Assembly: GCA_020059585.1 (NCBI GenBank)
Contig: JAGVBU010000016.1
Coordinates: 1 to 50,460 of the forward strand
Direction: 5' to 3'
DNA: 50,460 nt
DNA from: Minisyncoccota bacterium
GTDB taxonomy: Bacteria; Patescibacteriota; Minisyncoccia; UBA6257; GWB1-50-10
Within the stretch, counting starts at the first letter, position 1. Every line of letters starts with the position of its first letter. Under the pieces are notes generated by a model. It saw only the letters and a list, made by a program, of their open reading frames with translations. It was not told the origin of the DNA and did no database searches. Below, in pieces: positions 1 to 6,810 of this stretch. A program made the position numbers and the translations under genes.

Positions 1-10
1 CGCTAACTTA

Positions 11-1552
11 ATGATTTATTATAGTGCGGGGAATCACGCATTTACTGGCGGTAACATCGGTATCGGGACGACTATTCCCGCATACAAACTCGACGTCGTA
101 GGAACTGGTTCGTTTAGCCAACCCGTGATTGTCGGCACGCCGACCGCCACGACACACGCAACCACGAAATCATATGTTGATTCTGCGATAGATACCGCCG
201 TCACTTCAGGGGGATCGAGCGGGGAAGCAAGTATCGTAACTTCAAGAACTATAGGAGCAAATTCTGGAGATACGGTAGCGGTTGGTTATTTTTCAAACGA
301 TGGGACTGGAAAAAATATAAAAGTAAGACTGCAAGCACATAACTCAGGAGTAATCGATGTGTATTCTTATGAAATAAACGAAGTCACGTATACAGGCGCT
401 GCGACTGATTGGTTAGAAGTGCCTGTTTCTATTTCAAGCGTTTCGTATGGGGGCGTGAGGAAATACGCGCTTGATATCTATCGTCCGAATATATTAAGCA
501 CTTCTGATGCTCTTTATATGAGAATTCGAAACAGGGGTACTGGCGGAGGAGGGGGTGGAGTCACTCTTTACTTGCAATACGATAACAATATAACACTTAC
601 CCAACTCTCGAGTGCAAGTACTATCGCAACTGCGTTCAATTCTTCATCTGCACCTGCCGGAGGAGCGACTACTGGATTCTATGCGAACTCAGAGTGGCAA
701 TTTCCCATTTCAAACGGACAAGGGTGGAACGTTCAGCAGGGAGGATTATTTATAACAAATGCGGGTAATATTGGTATTGGAAGCACAAGTCCGGGGGCGA
801 AGCTTGATGTGGCGGGATCTGTGTCCGCGCAGATGTATTATGACCGCGACAATACGAACTACTACATCGATCCGGCGAAGAATCTCATGCCATATGCGAT
901 GATTTTGAACGGGGCGATTGGGGTGAAGAACACGTCTCCCACATATGACGTCGATGTGACGGGAACGCTTCGCGCGACCGGCAACTGGTCTTTGGGAGGT
1001 GCCGCGCAGACAAATCTTAATATGAATAATCTCCAGATCCTCGGGGTAAGTAAGATTGATGTAGGGACTATCGACCCGCTCTATGAGATTGAGGGAGGGA
1101 AGTATGCGACCTATGCGTCGTCAATTGCGGGAGGGGTGAAGGAAGAGTATGTGGGACGCGGAAAGCTCACCGCTTCAATTTCCAATCAATGTAACGAAAA
1201 TTCAATGAAAATTGCAAATTGTAAATTGCAAAATTTCGAATATGTTATTGATTTTTCCAAGGTTGAGCGTGGGTCCGACTTGTGGGTGTGGCGGAAGACG
1301 GTAGATTTCTCGAAGGACAACGTCGAAGTGATGGCAACGGCGTATAATATCCCAATTCCTGTCGCATATAGAATTGAGGGAAACTCAATAATATTTATTG
1401 CGGAATTGGATAAATCTCAAATCTCAAAAATCAAATCCCAAAATGGAGAGATAGAATTTTCATTCAGATTGGTGGGAAAGCGCTTTGACTGGAAGAATTG
1501 GCCGACGTTTGGAACGGACCAAACGAAGAGAGCGAATCTGATAGTGAAATAG
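11..1552 (+). CDS. Secreted/surface fibre-like protein, probably the C-terminal part of a longer gene
   Basis: The frame has no stop between base 2 and the ATG at 11, so the gene may start outside the window. It carries repeated G(N)IGIGTT.P..KLDV motifs (GNIGIGTTIPAYKLDV, GNIGIGSTSPGAKLDV), a tail-fibre-like ATTKSYVD motif and a Gly run. Two AT-rich low-complexity patches lie in the C-terminal domain. Confidence 0.8.
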   Translation: MIYYSAGNHAFTGGNIGIGTTIPAYKLDVVGTGSFSQPVIVGTPTATTHATTKSYVDSAIDTAVTSGGSSGEASIVTSRTIGANSGDTVAVGYFSNDGTGKNIKVRLQAHNSGVIDVYSYEINEVTYTGAATDWLEVPVSISSVSYGGVRKYALDIYRPNILSTSDALYMRIRNRGTGGGGGGVTLYLQYDNNITLTQLSSASTIATAFNSSSAPAGGATTGFYANSEWQFPISNGQGWNVQQGGLFITNAGNIGIGSTSPGAKLDVAGSVSAQMYYDRDNTNYYIDPAKNLMPYAMILNGAIGVKNTSPTYDVDVTGTLRATGNWSLGGAAQTNLNMNNLQILGVSKIDVGTIDPLYEIEGGKYATYASSIAGGVKEEYVGRGKLTASISNQCNENSMKIANCKLQNFEYVIDFSKVERGSDLWVWRKTVDFSKDNVEVMATAYNIPIPVAYRIEGNSIIFIAELDKSQISKIKSQNGEIEFSFRLVGKRFDWKNWPTFGTDQTKRANLIVK

Positions 1553-1804
1553 TAGAGAGTATTAAGTAGTAAGTATTAAGTATATAGGAGAAAGCTCCAT
1601 AAATACTAAATACTTTATACTAGGCGCTTAATACTTTTGTTTGCTATAATATAGGTATAAGAATCGAAAGGTCGAGCAATGCAAGTAGCAAGTAGCAAGT
1701 ATTAAGTAGAGAGTAGTAAGTATAAATCAGTAGCTAGAAGCTAGAAAATAGAAAATAGAAATACTGAATACATAATACTAGATACTCAATACTAATTTAA
1801 TTTT
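1553..1804. repeat. Low-complexity intergenic spacer: C-poor GTA/TAG/TAA-rich half followed by its inverse TAC/ATACT-rich half
   Basis: It starts tagtagagagtattaagtagtaagtattaag right after the stop. It ends atactgaatacataatactagatactcaatac right before the next start. Words such as gtaagtattaagta recur in other spacers. Confidence 0.8.
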
Positions 1805-2371
1805 ATGGAACAGAAGAAAAATATTTGGGTATGGATCGTTGTGGGTGTTATTGTTCTGGCAGTCATAGTGTATCTTGCCCTGACCGGCGGATTTAAGGCA
1901 CCGGCCGAGAAATCGACTGAAGGAACGCAGACCGAACAGGGAGCCGTTGCGGTTCCTGGAGCGAGCCCGGTGACGGAAGAAGGAACGGTCTTGAATACAC
2001 AGGGAGAGGAAGCAAAGAACGATGTGCAGCCCGGATCGCCGGAAGCGCCGCAGCAATCGAATCCGATCGCTGCAGACGAAGTTCCCACAAGCGCAACGAA
2101 AGTGACGGTGAGCGCGCAGGGATTTTCCCCCGCAGAGTTCAGCGTGAAAGCGGGAGCGGCGGTGACACTCAGTGTGACCTCAGCAGATACGCAAACGCAC
2201 ATTTTCTTGTTTGACGATCCGTCCCTTTCCGCCGTTGCAGTAGGAATCGGACCAGGAGAGACACGAGCGATTACCTTCAATGCGCCGACAACGAAAGGCG
2301 AATATGCATTTCACTGTGATGTTCCCGGACACGCGGGACGCGGTGAAGCGGGGAAGATGATTGTACAATAA
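1805..2371 (+). CDS. Membrane-anchored cupredoxin-like (type-1 copper-like) protein, paralog 1
   Basis: N-terminal TM helix (IWVWIVVGVIVLAVIVYLAL), then a Pro/Glu/Thr-rich linker. The C-terminal domain of about 95 aa has F.P.E..V..G motifs. The candidate ligand set is His (TQTHIF), Cys-x4-His (HCDVPGH) and Met (GKMIV). Confidence 0.85.
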   Translation: MEQKKNIWVWIVVGVIVLAVIVYLALTGGFKAPAEKSTEGTQTEQGAVAVPGASPVTEEGTVLNTQGEEAKNDVQPGSPEAPQQSNPIAADEVPTSATKVTVSAQGFSPAEFSVKAGAAVTLSVTSADTQTHIFLFDDPSLSAVAVGIGPGETRAITFNAPTTKGEYAFHCDVPGHAGRGEAGKMIVQ

Positions 2372-2400
2372 AAAAAGTCGCCCGAAAGGGCGATTTTTTT
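2372..2400 (+). terminator. Rho-independent terminator
   Basis: aaaaaagTCGCCCgaaaGGGCGAttttttt: GC stem, GAAA loop and a T7 tract, directly after the TAA stop. Confidence 0.85.
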
Positions 2401-2415
2401 ATTGTGAAGTAGTAA

Positions 2416-2560
2416 GTAGTAAGTATTTGGTATTAAGTATAGACAGAAAATAGAAACTAGAAGACAGACCCAGTATCTAGGAGTTAATAGTAAGTATTCA
2501 GTATTAAGTAGTAAGTATTTTGTATTAAGTATAGACAGAAAATAGAAACTAGAAGACAGA
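2416..2560. repeat. 53-nt direct repeat (52/53 identical), 92-nt period, in a GTA/TAG-rich spacer
   Basis: gtagtaagtattt[g/t]gtattaagtatagacagaaaatagaaactagaagacaga occurs at 2416-2468 and 2508-2560. A related gtattaagtatagacaga word is at 6115-6135. Confidence 0.9.
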
Positions 2561-2652
2561 AACTAGAATCTTATTCATTTACAAAATTATCGCCACAGCG
2601 ATTTTAAATTAAAAATTACCCCGCTGTATTGAGTTTTTGCCGTAGAATGTTT

Positions 2653-2680
2653 TTGCTTTTCGTACAGAATATGATATACT
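2653..2680 (+). promoter_or_regulatory. Putative sigma70-type promoter (TTGCTT-16 nt-TATACT, with TGa just upstream of the -10)
   Basis: ttgctt is at 2653-2658 and tatact at 2675-2680, with tg at 2672-2673. No annotated ORF follows. An orphan terminator lies about 45 nt downstream. Confidence 0.35.
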
Positions 2681-2722
2681 TTCAGTACATGAATCGAGGG
2701 GAGTGAGGCCCTGACATTCTTT

Positions 2723-2748
2723 CCAAAACGCCTTCCGGCGTTTTTTGG
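2723..2748 (+). terminator. Orphan rho-independent terminator
   Basis: ccAAAACGCCttccGGCGTTTTttgg: an 8-bp stem plus a T6 tract. It is more than 350 nt past the previous gene, which already has its own terminator. Confidence 0.7.
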
Positions 2749-2956
2749 TTTTATAGGGATATTTTTTAGAGGGAAATGATACAATTAAAAAGTAGTGACT
2801 ATCCGACGTTAAAAATTTTTAAGTCCCAATTTTTATAATTTTTAAATAAATTCGAATATATTAATTTTTTTAAACATTAGGAAATTGGTTCTTTCTTAAA
2901 AATTATGTCCCTACAGGACATCTTCCAAAGGGAGACAAAATTAAAAATTTCCATTC

Positions 2957-4504
2957 ATGGTTATCAAAAAAGATTTTAAAGCGGAAAAAATCGCATATCG
3001 CGAAAGAAAGAATGAGATGCTCGAAACGGCGAAAAAGGAACTTAAGAAGTCTTTTTCGTGGAGTTTTTTTGGAAAGGCATTTGTGGTAACGCTCGGCACC
3101 GGTGTCTTCCTTTTTTTTGTGATACAGGCAGGTGGATTTTTGCAGACGCGCCTTGAAGACCTCATTCGGAACCGTTTTTCTACGCAACTCAAGGAGCAGG
3201 AAAAAACAAATACCGCAACACAGGGAACACCGAAAACATATCAATATATGCAGGAATCCGCGCCGGGGACTTCTCCGGCAACCACGCCACGGGAACCGGA
3301 CTTCAATGTTGTGACGCCCGTATCGCCGATGCAGAAAAAGGAGGAACTTGTCTCAACAAGTTTTTCAGATCTTTTCTCTGGTGTGGGACGCATCAATCAG
3401 GACGACACTACGATGTATCACGACCGTATCGCGACGGCGTATACGTTCGCACCAAAGTTCAAATGGGAACGCCGATTTTCATCTTTGTTTGATGAGACGC
3501 AACTTGTCGCGCTCGATGCGGCAGGAAGAGATGTGCGTTGTATCCGCGGAAAATGTCTCTTTCAGAAGAATATATCACTTTCGTTCAATGGACAGGAAAT
3601 CATGCTTCCTGTCGAAGTGAGGGATAAAAAGATCGAGACGGTTTCGATCGGCACGCTTTCTTCTCGCTGGGTCGTGGGAGTGGTGGTTGCCGCGGGAGGG
3701 GAGTATGAAGGATGGGTATTCTCATTTGACGGAGAACGATATGAGAAAGTATTCGGAGAAGCAAATACACCGTTTGTATCGAAATATAAAGGAACTCTCG
3801 GGTTTGGCGGCATTGATGACGACTGGATCGCGATCTACGGAGGATATGAGGGAATTGCGTTTCGCATCCGTTCGGGCGCGCCCTTTGAAAATATCTCAAA
3901 CTTTTTTGGATACCGAATGATGGGAGAGGGATTTCATCCCGTGATTCTCCGCGCGGAAAACGGACGCGTGGTGCGGTGGTATGTTTTCAGCATTACCGAC
4001 GAAAAACCCCGTCTCCTGAAACTTTCGCAAAATCCGCAGACGGGAAAAATAGAGGGAATCCTTGATTATGCTCCCGGAATTTTTATCAGCACATTTAAGA
4101 AGGCGTCGTTTAACATTCTCTCGTCGTCAGAGGACGGCGTGGTTTTGGGGGGTCTTATGACGACGCAGGGGAACGCGCAGGAGATTTGGGAACTGACCGA
4201 CGGGGGATACGCATATCCGCAGGCGGCAGAGGTGGTCTCGGTGAATCTCAATAATTATCCCGCGGAGGTGCGACACGCGACCGTGGTGGAGTCGGAACTC
4301 TATGCAGACGGCAACGCGGTGGAATATTATCTTTCGAATAACGGCGACGATTGGGTGCGCGCGGAGTTGGGAAGAGAAGTGACATTTCCCAATCCTTCGG
4401 GGACGCGGCTTTTGTGGCGCGCGCGGTTTATTCCGAACGCGGAGACGTCAAACCCTCCGTTCTTTGACAGGATAAGGGTGGACTACAAAGTAAAATTCCT
4501 GTAG
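2957..4504 (+). CDS. Hypothetical membrane-anchored extracytoplasmic protein (515 aa)
   Basis: Long ORF with coding-like composition. One TM helix (FGKAFVVTLGTGVFLFFVIQAGGF) follows a charged N-terminus. No family was recognised. The C-terminus ends ..GTRLLWRARFIPNAETSNPPFFDRIRVDYKV. Confidence 0.8.
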   Translation: MVIKKDFKAEKIAYRERKNEMLETAKKELKKSFSWSFFGKAFVVTLGTGVFLFFVIQAGGFLQTRLEDLIRNRFSTQLKEQEKTNTATQGTPKTYQYMQESAPGTSPATTPREPDFNVVTPVSPMQKKEELVSTSFSDLFSGVGRINQDDTTMYHDRIATAYTFAPKFKWERRFSSLFDETQLVALDAAGRDVRCIRGKCLFQKNISLSFNGQEIMLPVEVRDKKIETVSIGTLSSRWVVGVVVAAGGEYEGWVFSFDGERYEKVFGEANTPFVSKYKGTLGFGGIDDDWIAIYGGYEGIAFRIRSGAPFENISNFFGYRMMGEGFHPVILRAENGRVVRWYVFSITDEKPRLLKLSQNPQTGKIEGILDYAPGIFISTFKKASFNILSSSEDGVVLGGLMTTQGNAQEIWELTDGGYAYPQAAEVVSVNLNNYPAEVRHATVVESELYADGNAVEYYLSNNGDDWVRAELGREVTFPNPSGTRLLWRARFIPNAETSNPPFFDRIRVDYKVKFL

Positions 4505-4576
4505 GAATTTTACAAATTTTTAGTTTTTAATTTTGTAATTTTTAAATAAATAAGAATGACAAAATAAAACAAAAAT

Positions 4577-4930
4577 ATGCAATACGATCTTGAAGAACGA
4601 ACGGCAAAATTCGGAGAAACTGCGATCCTTTTTTGTAAAAGATTGCCACAAACTCCAATAATGAGGACTCTTTTTGTGCAACTCGTGCGCTCCGCCACAA
4701 GTATCGGCGCTAATTATATGGAAGCAAATCAGGCAAGTTCAAAAAGAGACTTTAAAAACAAAATTCGTATATCGCAAAAAGAGGCAAATGAAACAAAACA
4801 TTGGCTTCGAATGATCGCCACAGCCGACGAAAATAAAAAGAACGAATGTCAGAAACTCTGGAAAGAAGCTCATGAACTCACCCTTATTTTTGCGAAAATC
4901 TCGAAAAATATTGCAGAAAAAGAGGTTTAA
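4577..4930 (+). CDS. Four-helix-bundle protein (23S rRNA intervening-sequence protein / Avd-like family)
   Basis: Family signatures are RSATSIGANYMEA, SKRDF..K..IS.KEANET.HWL and a size of 117 aa. Confidence 0.9.
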   Translation: MQYDLEERTAKFGETAILFCKRLPQTPIMRTLFVQLVRSATSIGANYMEANQASSKRDFKNKIRISQKEANETKHWLRMIATADENKKNECQKLWKEAHELTLIFAKISKNIAEKEV

Positions 4931-5010
4931 AAATTTCTATTTGAATGTTATTTTGAAATTAAAAATTAAGCATTAAAAATTTAGTTTTATAAGAATTCCC
5001 GAGACTCGTA

Positions 5011-5019
5011 TGGTATAAT
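5011..5019 (+). promoter_or_regulatory. Extended -10 element TGGTATAAT
   Basis: tggtataataaata lies 4 nt before the ATG at 5024. The same 14-mer recurs at 17127 upstream of the 1333-aa surface protein. Confidence 0.45.
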
Positions 5020-5023
5020 AAAT

Positions 5024-6091
5024 ATGCATATTCCGATGAACTATAAAAAACACACGCTTTTATTAGCATCTGCGGTTATTCTTCTTAGCGCCGGAGTTGT
5101 GGGTGTGGCAATGGCGCAATCCGTTCTTTTTGACAAAGATATCGACCTTCAGGGAACGAAGAAGATTTTGAATGCGGCGGATATCGGAATAGGAACCACA
5201 AGTCCAGCGAGAGATTTAGATATTCGAAGTACGGGGACCACATACGCGCAAATCTTGGGAACCGGAGCTGATTATATAAATGCGGGAATCATATTACACT
5301 CCGCTGATAGCGGTTCCGACTATCGTGGGGCTGGTATTTTTCTTTATCAACAAACAAGCCAGAAAGAATGGTATATCGGTTCTCCTTACGCGGCATCGGA
5401 CAGTTTGATTATTGCAAGAAAAACCGCTGTCGCAAGCCACGACGTGACTCTTGCGCAAGACACATACGCATTGCTTAAAATAAATTCATCCGGATACGTA
5501 GGTATAGGAACGACGAATCCGAGTGCGCGGCTTACGGTATCTCCGGTATCTTCTATTTCCGCCGATATGCTTTCGGGACGGATACAAAATCTTGCGAGTC
5601 CTGTGAATACCGCGGATGCGGCAACAAAAAATTATGTGGATACGGTTGCGGCGGGGGGAACGCTTTGGACACTTGGAGCCACAGAGCTCAACATTTATAC
5701 CACCAACTCACGAGGCGTGGGTATCGGGACCGCAACCCCGCTCCACAAACTCGACATTATAGGATCCTATTATTCCCGCACGGTGGTGAAGGGGACGTGT
5801 AGCGGCACGGTTGCAATCGACTGGACTCAGGGGAACACACAGCATTGCGTCTTGGGAAGCACGCCCGTCACCTTCACATTTTCCGGAGCACAGAGCGGCG
5901 GAAACTACAAGCTCATTTTGAAACAGGATGGAACGGGATCGCGCACCGTAAGCTGGCCCGCAACAATCCGTTGGGGATCGGGAAGCGCGCCCTATCTTAC
6001 CCCTACGCCGCTTAAAACAGATTACGTGGGATTCATCTATAACGGCATCGACGGATATTATGACAGCGTTGCGTTTAATGCAAATTTCTAA
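5024..6091 (+). CDS. Secreted fibre-like protein with IGIGTT.P motifs (alternative start 5036)
   Basis: Signal-peptide-like N-terminus (MNYKKHTLLLASAVILLSAGVVGVAMA). Motifs are DIGIGTTSPARDLDI, VGIGTTNPSARLTV, VGIGTATPLHKLDI and the tail-fibre-like DAATKNYVD. It ends with double TAA stops. Confidence 0.85.
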   Translation: MHIPMNYKKHTLLLASAVILLSAGVVGVAMAQSVLFDKDIDLQGTKKILNAADIGIGTTSPARDLDIRSTGTTYAQILGTGADYINAGIILHSADSGSDYRGAGIFLYQQTSQKEWYIGSPYAASDSLIIARKTAVASHDVTLAQDTYALLKINSSGYVGIGTTNPSARLTVSPVSSISADMLSGRIQNLASPVNTADAATKNYVDTVAAGGTLWTLGATELNIYTTNSRGVGIGTATPLHKLDIIGSYYSRTVVKGTCSGTVAIDWTQGNTQHCVLGSTPVTFTFSGAQSGGNYKLILKQDGTGSRTVSWPATIRWGSGSAPYLTPTPLKTDYVGFIYNGIDGYYDSVAFNANF

Positions 6092-6212
6092 TAAGTAGCG
6101 AGTATATAGTAGACAGTATTAAGTATAGACAGAGAAAAATACTTACTACTTACTACTTACTACTTACTACTTACTACTTAATACTATCTACTAAAAGCGG
6201 TATACTAAATAC
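6092..6212. repeat. Self-complementary GTA-rich / TAC-rich spacer containing a (TACTTAC)6 heptamer array at 6140-6181
   Basis: The left arm is agtagcgagtatatagtagacagtattaagtat. The right arm is atacttactacttac... with six tandem 7-mers (five perfect, the last TACTTAA). agtattaagtat and atacttactact can pair 11/12. Confidence 0.85.
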
Positions 6213-6761
6213 ATGGAATCAAAAAATAAATTTATCGTAATCGGTGTGATCATCGTGATACTCGTAATCGGAGCGATATACATATTCGGAGGAAGTGGAA
6301 AACCGGAACCCGGGAAGGGTCCGAACGGAGAAACTCTTCCGGTGACTGCAAGTCCCCGCACCACATCGGCAACGGGAACCGAAAGTTTTGCCACAACAAC
6401 GCCGCTTCAGCCAATAACTGCAAGCGATGTAGGGAAGGAAGAAACAAAAACAGAAGTAGTGGTAAAAGATGAGGGAGGAGAGTTGCGGGCATATACTATA
6501 GAAGCAACGGCCGCAAAATTCACACCATCGGAAATTGTTGTCGACAAAGGAGATCGTGTGCAGATAAAAGTGGTCGCGGTCGGCGGGACACGAGACATAA
6601 CAATCTCGGAACCGCTTGGTCTTTATTTTGAGGTGAAAGAGGACAAACCAGTTGTATTCGGATTTGACGCGACGACCGAAGGACGTTACCGATTTTCGTG
6701 CAATAACTATTGTCCAAATGGAGGACCGGAAAGTATGTCGGGAGTGATTATTGTCAGATAG
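6213..6761 (+). CDS. Membrane-anchored cupredoxin-like protein, paralog 2 (ligand-divergent)
   Basis: Same architecture as 1805..2371: TM helix, Thr/Pro linker and a C-terminal domain (FTPSEIVVDKGDRVQIKV ... GRYRFSCNNYCPNG..SMSGVIIV). A C-x3-C replaces the C-x4-H, and the upstream His is absent. Confidence 0.85.
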   Translation: MESKNKFIVIGVIIVILVIGAIYIFGGSGKPEPGKGPNGETLPVTASPRTTSATGTESFATTTPLQPITASDVGKEETKTEVVVKDEGGELRAYTIEATAAKFTPSEIVVDKGDRVQIKVVAVGGTRDITISEPLGLYFEVKEDKPVVFGFDATTEGRYRFSCNNYCPNGGPESMSGVIIVR

Positions 6762-6810
6762 AATAGTAGATAGACAGTAGAAAGAATTAAGTATTAAGTA
6801 TAAAAAACAT

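Noticed and set aside
1778-2368. Minus-strand ORFs overlapping the first cupredoxin-like gene (1778..2056, 1792..2280, 1893..2096, 2180..2368).
   Set aside because: The plus-strand frame has a TM helix, a recognisable domain, three paralogs elsewhere and a terminator. The antisense translations have no features.
2401-2570. Possible CRISPR array, suggested by a repeated unit of about 53 nt.
   Set aside because: There are only two copies. The unit is far longer than CRISPR repeats and is AT-rich low-complexity. The 'spacer' between the copies is the same word set. No cas genes are in the window.
11-6091. Prophage or tail-fibre cassette, suggested by the IGIGTT.P..KLDV and ATK.YVD tail-fibre-like motifs.
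   Set aside because: No capsid, portal, terminase, tape-measure, baseplate, integrase or lysis genes are nearby. The proteins have signal or anchor sequences and sit among cellular genes. They are more likely cell-surface fibres.
2957-6091. A complete diversity-generating retroelement around the Avd-like gene.
   Set aside because: No reverse transcriptase ORF exists in the window. The spacer after the Avd-like gene is only 93 nt of AT-rich DNA, too short and simple for a template repeat. I found no repeat pair of about 100 nt differing only at adenines. The differences between the 129-bp repeats at 18074/18203 are not adenine-specific, and both copies are coding.
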